Assembly: GCA_903881545.1 (NCBI GenBank)
Contig: CAIRTQ010000033.1
Location: 1,267 to 65,266, forward strand
Source: an uncultured Elusimicrobia bacterium
Lineage (GTDB): Bacteria > Elusimicrobiota > Elusimicrobia > UBA1565 > UBA9628
DNA: 64,000 nucleotides
Direction of reading: 5' to 3'
Made by a program: the position numbers and the translations under genes. The notes beneath the pieces were generated by a model that saw only the letters and a program-made list of their open reading frames with translations, ran no database searches and was not told the DNA's origin. Below, one piece after another: positions 9,536-19,285 of this stretch. The stretch's first letter is position 1. Each line of letters starts with the position of its first letter.

Positions 9536-10984
9536 ATGAGAGTGGCCCTGGTGAATCCGCCGATGGGGACCGTCTATTCATCCGTCAGCGCGTCTTTGGG
9601 CAAGAGCCCGCCGGTGGGGCTCGCCTCGCTGGCCGCCTATGTCAGAGCGAAGGGGTTCGAGGTGCGGGTGCTCGACGCCGCGGTGATGGGCGCCGGTTTC
9701 GATGACATCGAGCATTTCCTGCGGGCGGGCTTTGATGTGGTCGGCGTGGGCGCAATGACCCCGTCGTTGGACTGCTCCGCCAAGGTGTTGCGGTTGGCCA
9801 AGCAGGTCAACGGTGGATGCGTCACCGTCATGGGCGGCCCGCATCTGTCAGCCGTGCCCGAGGAGACCCTGCGCGCCTTGCCGGAAGTCGATTTTGGAGT
9901 CGTGGGCGAAGGCGAGGTGACCTTCCATGAGCTCCTGGATTGCCTGCGCAACGGCGGGGATGCATCGGGCATCCCCGGGCTTGTATTCAGGGACGGTGGC
10001 CAGGTCCGGCGAGGGCCCCGACGGGCGCTGATCGCAGATCTCGATTCCTTGCCCCTGCCGGCATACGATCTTCTGCCCATGGATCGATATTCCATGAAGA
10101 TCCACCATGTCTGGTCTTCGGAGAAGGTGGCGCTGCGCCCATACACTGATCTCTTCACCTCCCGGGGCTGCCCGTACCGATGCACTTTCTGCGCCTCGCA
10201 TGTCGTGTGGGGGCGGACGGTCCGATTTAGGAGCGCCGAGCACGTCCTTCGGGAAATCGATTTCTTGGTCGCCAGATACGGCGTGAAGGCCATCGAGATA
10301 TGCGATGACCTGTTCACTATCAACAAGCCCCGGCTCCATGCGATCCTGGCCGGGTTGGCGCAACGGAAAAGCCCCGTGAGTTTCACCTGCATGTCCCGGG
10401 TGGACACCGTCGACCGGGAGACCCTGGAGATGCTCAAGGCGGCGCGGTTCCGGCTGATAAGGTTTGGCGTCGAATCCTGCTCGCAGCCCATCCTGGACGC
10501 GATGCGCAAGGGCACCACCGTAGCGGATGTCCGAAGGGCTTTCCATCTGGCCAAGGAGGTTGGCTTGGCGGCATCGGCCTGCGTTATGATCGGCTATCCG
10601 GGGGAGACCCGTGAGACGTTCGCAGCCACTTTGCGCGTCCTCCGCGAGATAGATCCGGTCGCCGTCGACTTCTTCATCACGATCCCGATTATCGGCAGCG
10701 AGCTGTACGAACTGGCGCGCCAGAACGGCTACCTGGCCAATGAGGACTGGAGCAATTGGACTTTGATACCCAGGAGCCCGGCACTCGGCACGCCGCAGCT
10801 GCCGGCCGCGGAATTGAAGGGGTTGCTGAAAACCGCCTATCTCCGATTCTATTTCCGGCCGCGGTTCATTCTGCGCTGCCTGCGGCGGATCTATTCCTGG
10901 GAGAACCTAGTCCTCTTGGCCAAAGGGTTCAAGGCGCTCTTGAGCGTCATGTTGAGCCGGCGGCAGGGCTCCCCGCCCGCCTGA
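9536..10984 (+). CDS. Cobalamin-dependent radical SAM protein (class B methyltransferase-like)
   Basis: RVALVNPP..PPVGLASLAAY, VMGGPH, VGEGE, TSRGCPYRCTFC, FGVES, IGYPGET. Confidence 0.93.
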   Translation: MRVALVNPPMGTVYSSVSASLGKSPPVGLASLAAYVRAKGFEVRVLDAAVMGAGFDDIEHFLRAGFDVVGVGAMTPSLDCSAKVLRLAKQVNGGCVTVMGGPHLSAVPEETLRALPEVDFGVVGEGEVTFHELLDCLRNGGDASGIPGLVFRDGGQVRRGPRRALIADLDSLPLPAYDLLPMDRYSMKIHHVWSSEKVALRPYTDLFTSRGCPYRCTFCASHVVWGRTVRFRSAEHVLREIDFLVARYGVKAIEICDDLFTINKPRLHAILAGLAQRKSPVSFTCMSRVDTVDRETLEMLKAARFRLIRFGVESCSQPILDAMRKGTTVADVRRAFHLAKEVGLAASACVMIGYPGETRETFAATLRVLREIDPVAVDFFITIPIIGSELYELARQNGYLANEDWSNWTLIPRSPALGTPQLPAAELKGLLKTAYLRFYFRPRFILRCLRRIYSWENLVLLAKGFKALLSVMLSRRQGSPPA

Positions 10985-11100
10985 TCGCGGTTCCTGTTAG
11001 TTGTGTACGAGCTTGTTGATGGCCGCGTCCGGGCAATGTCGAATTTCTGGCAGTAGGCGTTATTGTGGTTCGGGGTGTCAGCATCTTTTATGTCACTGAT

Positions 11101-11907
11101 TCATTTCGCCGGGGCGGCGCCGCATTGGCGTTCATAATACTGCACCACTTCCGCGACCGGACCCTGCGCCGCGACCGCCCCGTGCTCCAGGCAAATCGCG
11201 CGGGAGCAATTATTCTTAATGAGAGCCATGCTGTGAGAAGCCATGACCGTGGTCGTGCCTTGCCTCAGGAGTTCGTTCATCTTGGCGAGACATTTGGTCT
11301 GGAACGGGGTGTCGCCCGTCGCGAAGACCTCGTCGGTCAAGAGGATGTCGATGTCCGAATGCAGGGCTGTGGCCAGGGGGACTCGCGACGTGAAACCCGT
11401 TGATAATTCGCCCAGCCGTGAATAGAGATAGTCCTCCAACTCTCCGAAAGCGACGATGGCGTCGAAGCGCTGGCGCAGGGTGGCGCGCGACATTCCGCAG
11501 AGGGCCGCGGTTAGGCGGATGTTGTCGATGACCCGCAGTTCGCTGAAGAGGCCGGAGCCGATGGAGAAGAATGTGCTGATGCGACCGTGAGTGCAGAGCG
11601 TTCCTTCCGTCGGGACCAGGACGCCAGCGAGCATGCGCAGAAAGGTGGTCTTGCCAGAGCCGTTGCGGCCGATGACTCCGACACACTCCCCTCTACGAAT
11701 CTGCAGGTCGATTCCCCGGACCGCCCATAACGGGCGAGTGTTGGTGATTCCGCTGCACCATGCCAGCATCTGCGAGAAAAACCGCGCGTCCGTCTTTGTG
11801 CCGATCTGGAACCGTTTGCCCAGCCCCACGGCGCTGATGGCGATCTGGTCGTCGCCGGAAGGTGGGCGCGCGGTCCCGACGGCGCCGGCAGAGCCCGCTA
11901 CCGGCAA
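11101..11907 (-). CDS. wzt: Polysaccharide ABC exporter, ATP-binding subunit (Wzt/TagH-like, no C-terminal carbohydrate-binding module)
   Basis: Walker A GRNGSGKT, LSTG signature variant, ILLTDEVFATGD..F..KC, ASHSM. Confidence 0.9.
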   Translation of the reverse strand: MPVAGSAGAVGTARPPSGDDQIAISAVGLGKRFQIGTKTDARFFSQMLAWCSGITNTRPLWAVRGIDLQIRRGECVGVIGRNGSGKTTFLRMLAGVLVPTEGTLCTHGRISTFFSIGSGLFSELRVIDNIRLTAALCGMSRATLRQRFDAIVAFGELEDYLYSRLGELSTGFTSRVPLATALHSDIDILLTDEVFATGDTPFQTKCLAKMNELLRQGTTTVMASHSMALIKNNCSRAICLEHGAVAAQGPVAEVVQYYERQCGAAPAK

Positions 11908-11919
11908 GGGCCCTTCCCG

Positions 11920-12693
11920 CTAGGACAGAACATAGTCGCTCAACCGCCGCTTCTGTTTATTGAACACGGCGTAACCGATACCCGCGACCAGAAGGGCTAA
12001 CGCCGTTAACGCCGCCATGTGTCGCCACGCGGGGAACCTCCCTTCCAATAGGCAATCCCGCGCCAGCCCGATGATATGCGCCATGGGATTGAAGCGGAGG
12101 AACCTTTGCCGATCCGCGCCGATGGCGGCGGCCGAATAGAAGACTGGGGTCAGGAAGAATCCTGCGGTCGTGATGATGCTCCAGATTCGTAGGAAATCAA
12201 TGAAGCGCAACGCTAGAACGGACAACCCTAAGGCCAGGCCGGTGACGAACAGGAGTAGGACCGCGTCAATGAGTGGAAACGTCAGCCAGGACAGGCGGGG
12301 AACGGCCCCAAGGGCAATCAAAAAGACGAGCATCAAGACCAGCTCGATGGCATGCGAGATGGCCACGCTGCAGACGGTGGTAAGCACAAATAACTCCCGC
12401 GGCATGATGAAGTTCATCATGATACTCCGGCGGCTATTGAGGCTGCCCATGCCGGTGGTTGTCGCGGTGGTGAATAGGTTGAATTGGACCACGCCGATGA
12501 GGAGATAGCCGGGGTAGTTGGCCATGAATCCACCCATCCACCGGGTGAACAACATGTACAAGACGAGGAACATGAGTAAGGGGTTGAGCAGCGTCCAAAG
12601 GAAGCCCAGCAGGGTTGATTGCTCACGCAGCTTCCATTCGCAACGCGTCAGCTCGCGAAATTGATTGGCGTAGACGGCAAAATTGTCGATCAT
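11920..12693 (-). CDS. wzm: Polysaccharide ABC exporter permease (Wzm/TagG-like)
   Basis: LGFLWTLLNPLLM, FFLTPVFY, FNPMAHII..ARDCLL; about six TM segments. Confidence 0.92.
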   Translation of the reverse strand: MIDNFAVYANQFRELTRCEWKLREQSTLLGFLWTLLNPLLMFLVLYMLFTRWMGGFMANYPGYLLIGVVQFNLFTTATTTGMGSLNSRRSIMMNFIMPRELFVLTTVCSVAISHAIELVLMLVFLIALGAVPRLSWLTFPLIDAVLLLFVTGLALGLSVLALRFIDFLRIWSIITTAGFFLTPVFYSAAAIGADRQRFLRFNPMAHIIGLARDCLLEGRFPAWRHMAALTALALLVAGIGYAVFNKQKRRLSDYVLS

Positions 12694-13745
12694 TGCCGGT
12701 CCCTCAGGAAGCCCGTCAGCGCCCGTGCGTTCTTATCGGCCCGGGGCCCCAAGGTGAAGCGGCATAGGCCGGCCTGGCGCAGGAGCGTGGCCGCCAGCGC
12801 CAGCCGGGAGCACGCTATGGACGCCAGCCGGGCCAGGTCGCCAGCGCTCCAGCCGATCATGTATTCGGCCATCTGCGCGACGCCGTGGCCGGCCACCAGG
12901 TTCACTGCCAGCGGCCACAGCGCCGCCGGCCTGCCAATCGGCTCGATTCCAGGCTGCGTCCCGCGGCGGCCGAGGAACAGCCACTTGACCGGGGCCTCGG
13001 CGCGAATGCTGCCGCGGAAATAGTCGATATCCACCAAATGCTTCGGCCCGTGTCTGCGGCGCAGGAAGGGCCGGACGAATCCCCCCGGGATACCCTCGAG
13101 AGGATAGGAATGCTGGAAGCCCCAGCGCAGAGGGAAGGCCAGCACTCGGCCATCCTGGGTCAGCAGTGGCGTGTCGTCCGAGAATATTCCGGCTTCGGTC
13201 GCGCGAGCCAATTCCAGGGCTAAGACGCTCTTGCCCCCGCCAGAGGGCAAGAGCAGGAGCGCGCCCGCCCCCTTCCATTCGAAGCCCAAGGCGTGGATTC
13301 GGTGCAGACCGCGGCAGTCCAAGGCTTCGCCCGCTTTGGACAGCAACGCCAGGTAGGCCAGCTCGTGGAGCCGCGGAAGGTCGGCGCAAGTGATGTGCAG
13401 TTCCCTCAGCCGCGGATGGAACTCCGCTTCGGCGGAATCCCAGTAGCGCACCCGGCGAATGCCGTCCTGGTCGAAGGCTACGTAGTCCCGCGTGGTCAGA
13501 GCTGGCAGGCCCGGCCAGCTCTTCCGGCGTTTCGGGGGCAGAGAGAATAGGCGCAGATGCAGCGCGTACTCCGGGGGGCGCCCGGCACCGGAAAAATAGG
13601 CGAAGTCTCGGCGCAGACCGTCGCGTACCGTCGGCGCTTGCGCGCTGATGCGGACAGCGAACCCGTGAATGTTCAGGTAGAGCTCATGCACCGCATCCGT
13701 TGCGCGGGCTGACGACGTCGGATCCGGATTTATCAGGGGAGGCAT
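12690..13745 (-). CDS. HPr-kinase-related P-loop kinase
   Basis: IHALG...GALLLLPSGGGKSVLALEL...FSDDTPLL: the His, Walker A and DD motifs of the HprK/PEPCK-type fold. Start codon uncertain. Confidence 0.7.
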   Translation of the reverse strand: MPPLINPDPTSSARATDAVHELYLNIHGFAVRISAQAPTVRDGLRRDFAYFSGAGRPPEYALHLRLFSLPPKRRKSWPGLPALTTRDYVAFDQDGIRRVRYWDSAEAEFHPRLRELHITCADLPRLHELAYLALLSKAGEALDCRGLHRIHALGFEWKGAGALLLLPSGGGKSVLALELARATEAGIFSDDTPLLTQDGRVLAFPLRWGFQHSYPLEGIPGGFVRPFLRRRHGPKHLVDIDYFRGSIRAEAPVKWLFLGRRGTQPGIEPIGRPAALWPLAVNLVAGHGVAQMAEYMIGWSAGDLARLASIACSRLALAATLLRQAGLCRFTLGPRADKNARALTGFLRDRQ

Positions 13746-13846
13746 GGGTGCACCAAGACCGTGCCTATGATGATAAGACATAGTGGGTTGCAGCCGCAAT
13801 GCTCTCCGACGGTAATGGTTGGCGCGCAAATCTGCTATCCTGGTAA

Positions 13847-15706
13847 ATGATGCAGCAAATAGGCGCGCCTCCAAGAGTGCGGTGGGTGAGAATCGCGCTC
13901 TTGTTGGGTCTTTGGGCCGGGGCCATGTTGCTTTATGCGGGCACGCTGCGCAATCCCCCGGTTTGGGATGACCATAACGTCCTTTTCGGGCAGGGCTTCC
14001 TCATGGATTGCCGCAACCTGCCCACGGCCGCCAACCCAGCGAATTTTTTCAGGATTCTACCGGTTCGCAACGCGGCCCGGCCGGGCTGGCTCGTCTCCGC
14101 GCTTATGGATACCTGTCTGGGCGGCGGCCAGGTCGTGGTCTACCGCCTCGACAGCATCTTCTGGCATGCGGTCGGCGCCATGCTGGTCCTGGCCCTGGGC
14201 TGGAGCCTGAGCCAGAATCTCGTGGCTTCGTTGTTGGCGGGAGTCCTGTTCGCTGTCCATCCCGTGCACACCGAGACAGTCAACATCATTAGCTTCCGTG
14301 GCGACTTGCTGGCCCTGGCTTTTATGCTGCTGTCCTTCATCTTCTATCGCGAAGGCGATCGCCGCAACGGCTGGGCGCGGCGGGCCTGCTGGACCGCGTC
14401 CCTGGTGGGATTCTTCACGGCCTTGTCCGCCAAGGAGATGGCGATCACGCTGCCGCTCTTGCTCGTCATCGGGTGCCTGTACTTCCCGACGCCGCGTCCG
14501 CAGGCGGCGGCCGGTGTCAGGGTTTGGCCGCGCCGGGTGCTGTGGGGATCTTTCGCGCTGTTGGTGCCGCTCTACTTGGTTTTTCATACCTTGCGGTCGG
14601 GTTATGTGATGGCGGGGCATCAGGACATTTTGAGCTTCTGGGGCGCCAAGACCGCTGGGTCGCCGGCGCGGTCGCCGCGCCTGCGCTACGCGTCGAAGGA
14701 CGGGATGTCGGCCAAGCTCGAGGACCCGCCCTGGCACCAGGTGTACGCCGACCGCCGATTGCGTTTTTTGACCATGTCGCGCGTCTTCGGTTCCTATTTA
14801 AGGCTCCTGGCGTGGCCCTGGCCGTTGCAAGGGGATTATTCTCCCCCGGTGCTTCATTCGTGGCGCCATGCGGGCCTGCTCGCCTCCTGGGCGGCATGGC
14901 TATTGCTCTTCGCGGCCGCTTGGAAACTCCGGCATCGGTTGCCCATGGCGGGTTTCGGCTTGATGTGGACGGCGACGGCCCTGCTCCCGGTCAGCGGCAT
15001 GGTGGTCCTGCGCAACTTGCAGGCGGAAAGGTATCTTTATGTGGCTTCGGCCGGGTTTTGCCTTGCTCTCGGCGCCCTCCTGGCATGGGCGGGCCGCCTT
15101 GGGGCTTGGCAGCGGCGCGTCTTTGTGACTGCGACGGCGCTGCTTGTATTATCCTGGGTCAGCCTTACCTTGGCCCGCAACCGCGATTATCGCAGCGAAC
15201 TGGCCTATTTCCGCGCCACGGAGAATGTGGACGGCAGCGTCGCGCGCGTTCATCTGGCCCTGGCGGGGGTCTATGAGGGACTGAGGCAGCCCGCCGCTGC
15301 GGAGGCTGAATTTCGCACCGCCCTGAGCTTGTGGCCGCGGTATCGCAAGGCCCAACTGCTCTTCGCCGGGTTTCTTATGGATAAGGGGCGCGCCCGGGAA
15401 TCGGAGGCGTTGCTTCGTTCTGCGGGAGTGCTCTTTCCCGGCGACCCCGTGATTGCCCTGCGCCTTGGCGTCTGCTTGCTCGAGCAGGGCCGCGCGGGAC
15501 CGGCCATGGAGCCTTTGCGGCAGGCGCTGGAAGAGACGAATTGGGCCTCGCCGCTGGCGCTTTACCACCTCGCTCTCGCTTGCCGCCAGGCCGGGCGGCA
15601 AGCGGAATTCAGGAAGCTTGAAGAGCGCTTGCGCCTGACTTCCCCGGAACTGGCCAATCTTGTTGGCGGTGGTAACCCGCGCCCTGTCAGGCCGACCTTC
15701 TTCTAG
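13847..15706 (+). CDS. TMTC-like (GT105/DUF1736 + TPR) protein O-mannosyltransferase homolog
   Basis: VWDD, LFAVHPVHTETV...RGDLL, SAKE, LLAWPWPLQGDYS, AERYLY, RNRDYRSE, followed by C-terminal TPR repeats. Confidence 0.85.
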   Translation: MMQQIGAPPRVRWVRIALLLGLWAGAMLLYAGTLRNPPVWDDHNVLFGQGFLMDCRNLPTAANPANFFRILPVRNAARPGWLVSALMDTCLGGGQVVVYRLDSIFWHAVGAMLVLALGWSLSQNLVASLLAGVLFAVHPVHTETVNIISFRGDLLALAFMLLSFIFYREGDRRNGWARRACWTASLVGFFTALSAKEMAITLPLLLVIGCLYFPTPRPQAAAGVRVWPRRVLWGSFALLVPLYLVFHTLRSGYVMAGHQDILSFWGAKTAGSPARSPRLRYASKDGMSAKLEDPPWHQVYADRRLRFLTMSRVFGSYLRLLAWPWPLQGDYSPPVLHSWRHAGLLASWAAWLLLFAAAWKLRHRLPMAGFGLMWTATALLPVSGMVVLRNLQAERYLYVASAGFCLALGALLAWAGRLGAWQRRVFVTATALLVLSWVSLTLARNRDYRSELAYFRATENVDGSVARVHLALAGVYEGLRQPAAAEAEFRTALSLWPRYRKAQLLFAGFLMDKGRARESEALLRSAGVLFPGDPVIALRLGVCLLEQGRAGPAMEPLRQALEETNWASPLALYHLALACRQAGRQAEFRKLEERLRLTSPELANLVGGGNPRPVRPTFF

Positions 15707-15804
15707 TTCGTCTGCGAACGGGCCATTTTGCTACCATAGCTTTCGAGAGGAGGCCCGCATTGGGGCCGGACAGGGGTGGTCTGCGGCCTCCGCTCAGGGC
15801 AACG

Positions 15805-16761
15805 ATGACTCCTCTATTGCCGCGAAAATATCCTCCGTTCAAGGTCCACTGGAACTGGGAGTTGCTGTTGGCCTGCAACTATCGCTGTAGCTATTGTGGT
15901 GCGCACAAGGAAGGAGTGCCTTGTCTCGAACTGGACATCGCTCAGTGGCGTGCGATCTGGGGGCGGATATTCGACCGATACGGCTGTTGCCAAGTCCGTT
16001 TTGCCGGTGGTGAGCCGACCATCTATCCGGGATTCATACCATTGGTCAGCATGCTTCTGGAGCGGCATACCGTGGACATCACGACGAACCTCAGTTTCGA
16101 CATCGCCGAGTGGGTCGCCAAGGTCCCGGCTCAAGGGATCGCGATTTCGGGCAGCCTACATCCCGAGTTCATGGCGCCGGAGGAATTTTTGCGGCGCCTG
16201 CTGATGTTGCGCGAGCATGGCGGCCGCCTCATCTCGGCCTGCATCGTCGCTTATCCACCCCACCTCGGCCAGCTGGAGAGCACCAGGCTCCTCTTCGAGC
16301 GGAACCAGATTCTTTTCAAGATAATCCCGTTCAGCGGAGTCTACCAGGGCCGCCGCTATCCGGAGGCTTATACAGAGCAGGAGAAGGCCCTGCTACAGGC
16401 CCAGGTGGACGGCAGTAGCGACCCCCTGGGCAAGACCTTGAACCGGCAGTGGCAGGATTATGCCAAGGCACCTGCCGAAGACAAGGACCGCAAAGACCTC
16501 AAAGGCCGGCTTTGCCATATGGGCGAACTCTACGCCAAGATACTGCCCGACGGCAAGGTCCTGCGCTGCTGCCATCCCGAGGTCGCCGCGCTCGGCCACA
16601 TTACGGACGCGGACTTGAAGCTTTACGAAGAGCCCCAACCCTGCACTGTCGAAGTTTGCCCCTGCTGGAAGGCCATGGTGGCCGGACAGTACGAGGCGAA
16701 GGTGGATCAGCTTTGGCAGTCGCCGGAACACCCGCGTTATCCCTTGGCCCAGCCCACATGA
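15805..16761 (+). CDS. Radical SAM protein with C-terminal twitch-like Cys cluster (family A)
   Basis: WNWELLLACNYRCSYC, GGEP, TTNLS, SLHP, CHMG..YA...RCC...CPCW. Confidence 0.9.
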   Translation: MTPLLPRKYPPFKVHWNWELLLACNYRCSYCGAHKEGVPCLELDIAQWRAIWGRIFDRYGCCQVRFAGGEPTIYPGFIPLVSMLLERHTVDITTNLSFDIAEWVAKVPAQGIAISGSLHPEFMAPEEFLRRLLMLREHGGRLISACIVAYPPHLGQLESTRLLFERNQILFKIIPFSGVYQGRRYPEAYTEQEKALLQAQVDGSSDPLGKTLNRQWQDYAKAPAEDKDRKDLKGRLCHMGELYAKILPDGKVLRCCHPEVAALGHITDADLKLYEEPQPCTVEVCPCWKAMVAGQYEAKVDQLWQSPEHPRYPLAQPT

Positions 16762-18140
16762 GCCCTCAGGAATTGGAACGGGAGATTCGCCCGGAAGAGA
16801 AGGCGGCGCTTCATGAGAAGCGCGCCAAAGAGCATTACCTCCGGGGCGATTATCCGGCCACGGTCAAGGAATTGGGGCTTTGTCTGGAAACGGAGCGCGT
16901 GCCCGAGCCCAAGAACCTGAGGATGATGCTGTTGATCCTACAGACGCATCGCCGCTTCGCGGACCTGGAATCGGCCGGCTCCATGCTTCGGCGCATGGAA
17001 AGCAAGTACGGAGGCAGCAACGATAAGTTTATCCGGAATATCATCCTCAACGAGAGGGAGATAACGGAGGGGGCGGTCGAACTGCGATCCTATCCGACGC
17101 GCCTGACCGTGCGGCCGACCAGCCGTTGCTCCGTGCGCTGCAACATGTGCACGTTCTGGAAGGAGCCGCCGTGGGACATGCCGCAGAGGACCTTGGATGA
17201 GGTGGTGGCCCTGTATCCCTATCTGGAGGACATCCTCTGGCAGGGCGGGGAAGTCTTCGAGATGAAGAGGGAGGTGTTCACCGACATCTTGTTGCGCGGG
17301 ATCGACTATCCACACCTGCTACAGAACATCATCACCAACGGCCTGGCCATCGACAAAGAATGGGCGGAAAATCTGGTGCGGACCAACATCCACATCAAAT
17401 TCTCCATAGACGGGACCACTCCCGAGGTCTATGAGCGGATCCGCGTCAGGGCGAAGTTCGCGGACCTGTTGAGATCGGTCGATAATCTGAATGACGCGAT
17501 GGCCAAGCACGGCAAGCGCATCGGGTTCTCTCTGCATATGGTCGTGCAGCGTCATAATTACCTGCAAATCGAGCAGATGCTGGAGTTCGCTAAGGAGCAT
17601 CGGTTCGACGCGGTGGCCTTGAGCCCCGTCGAGGGCGATCTGTATCGGGCCATAGACATCTTCAACCATGGTGATAGGCAGATTTGGGACGCCATAGAAC
17701 GGCAACGGGCGGCGGTCAGGAAGAAGGCCTTGGCCTATGGGATATATCTGGAAGACAATCTGCCGTTTCCGCCCGCAGCCGAAGAGCCAGCGCCCCCACG
17801 AGACCCAGCCCAGCCGGAAAAGAGATATCCGCTTTCGCCCATGACGATGGCGGAAAGTGCCGAATATGCGTCATCGCGGTTCTCCAGTTTCTGCTTGTCT
17901 CCGTGGAAGAATATGATCCTCCGCAACGGCGGCGGAGTCTTGCCGAATTGGCATTGCGGAGAGACTTACGTCGGCAATGTCGAAGAGCGCCCCCTGCTCG
18001 AGATATGGAATGGGGAGCCGATGCGGAATTTCCGCAGGGCCATCCGCGACCGGAAGTTCGGCGGCGTCTGCAGGGCCTACTGCCTTTCCGGCGCGTTGAT
18101 GGAATCTTGGAAACACCATATGGAATGGTACTGGTCCTGA
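16758..18140 (+). CDS. Radical SAM/SPASM protein with N-terminal TPR-like helices (family B)
   Basis: RNIILNERE...SYP, CSVRCNMC, WQGGE, TNG, SIDG, FCLSPW...GN...IWNG...C..YC; ATGA overlap. Confidence 0.9.
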   Translation: MSPQELEREIRPEEKAALHEKRAKEHYLRGDYPATVKELGLCLETERVPEPKNLRMMLLILQTHRRFADLESAGSMLRRMESKYGGSNDKFIRNIILNEREITEGAVELRSYPTRLTVRPTSRCSVRCNMCTFWKEPPWDMPQRTLDEVVALYPYLEDILWQGGEVFEMKREVFTDILLRGIDYPHLLQNIITNGLAIDKEWAENLVRTNIHIKFSIDGTTPEVYERIRVRAKFADLLRSVDNLNDAMAKHGKRIGFSLHMVVQRHNYLQIEQMLEFAKEHRFDAVALSPVEGDLYRAIDIFNHGDRQIWDAIERQRAAVRKKALAYGIYLEDNLPFPPAAEEPAPPRDPAQPEKRYPLSPMTMAESAEYASSRFSSFCLSPWKNMILRNGGGVLPNWHCGETYVGNVEERPLLEIWNGEPMRNFRRAIRDRKFGGVCRAYCLSGALMESWKHHMEWYWS

Positions 18141-18316
18141 GTCCGAAGTCCCTGGATTCAGAATAAGGAGTCTGCCTCTTGGGCAATCACGGGTCGCGCG
18201 TGGTATGGCAGGAGTAGGTGGCGGGTGGATGCGAAGATAAGGTAAACTCAATTGTGGCAGTCGCCACAGACGCTAGTCTGGCGACATAAGATGCCGGCTT
18301 CCTCAGGCCAGCGAAA

Positions 18317-19276
18317 ATGATTCCAACCCAAAGCGCGCGCCTCGAAAAGGCAGATGGCCGGAGTTTGCTCCCGCCTTTCAAGGTCTTCTTTACTTGGGAT
18401 CTCCAGTACTCCTGCAATTACCGATGCACTTATTGCTTGGTATTTGAGAGCCCCCAATGGGAGTCGGTGCTCGCCAAGAAAGACCGGACGGTCCCGGCGG
18501 AGCGCTGGATGGAGATTTGGGACGACATCTATGCGCGCTACGGCAGCACCCATATCCACTGCTCGGGGGGAGAGCCGTTCCATTATCCGCGTATCATCGA
18601 TATCCTCGCCCATATCACCCCCAAGCACACTATGGAATGCGATACCAACCTCTCTTTTGACATCGCGGACTTCATTGGCCGTGTGAAGCCCGGCACATTC
18701 CGATTCTCGCCCGCCTTCCATCCTCAGTTCGCCGTTTTGGAACCCTACGTCGAGAAATGCCGCAGGTTGCGCGACGCGGGCTACGACCTTCAGGGTGTCA
18801 ACTTCGTCTGTTGGCCGCCGCACCTCAAGCAAATCCCAGATCTGAATAAGGCTTTCGACGGCATCGGCGTGGTCTTGACGCTGATGCCTTTCCGGGGCCG
18901 CTTCGAGGGCCGGGACTATCCGGATGCCTACTCGCCCGAGGAGCGGCGTTTCATCAACTCGCACAGCGGCAATCCGGTGCTGTCCGAGGACTACGGTTCG
19001 TGGTATCAGGGCGGCAATCAAGGCGGAGAGAACCGCACGCGACAGGCGGCGCTTTGCCGGGCCGGGCAGATGTATGCCAAGATCCATCCCGACGGGACTG
19101 CCCTGCGTTGCTGCTTCATAGACGACCGTGGTCGGATCGGCAATCTCATTGATGGGACCTTTCGGCTTTCCGATGAGCCGCGTCCGTGCGAGTTTTCCGC
19201 GTGTTCCTGCTGGAAATGCATGATCGTCGGCGAGGAAGACCGCTGGTTGCGGCACTGGCGGGGCGTAGCCGCATAA
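18317..19276 (+). CDS. Radical SAM-twitch protein (family A)
   Basis: FFTWDLQYSCNYRCTYC, GGEP, FHPQF, CRAGQMYA...RCC...CSCW. Confidence 0.9.
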   Translation: MIPTQSARLEKADGRSLLPPFKVFFTWDLQYSCNYRCTYCLVFESPQWESVLAKKDRTVPAERWMEIWDDIYARYGSTHIHCSGGEPFHYPRIIDILAHITPKHTMECDTNLSFDIADFIGRVKPGTFRFSPAFHPQFAVLEPYVEKCRRLRDAGYDLQGVNFVCWPPHLKQIPDLNKAFDGIGVVLTLMPFRGRFEGRDYPDAYSPEERRFINSHSGNPVLSEDYGSWYQGGNQGGENRTRQAALCRAGQMYAKIHPDGTALRCCFIDDRGRIGNLIDGTFRLSDEPRPCEFSACSCWKCMIVGEEDRWLRHWRGVAA

Positions 19277-19285
19277 GGTGTTGCG

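Noticed and set aside
9228-9539. 103-aa ORF ending CGACGVGG that overlaps the B12-rSAM start, as a possible precursor
   Set aside because: It overlaps the opposite-strand gene and probable promoter region, its composition looks non-coding, and the start is unconvincing.
18251-18286. Overlapping alternative hairpins (TGTGGC..GCCACA / GTCGCC..GGCGAC) before the 18317 gene
   Set aside because: Short, found once and without a U tract; chance structure cannot be excluded.
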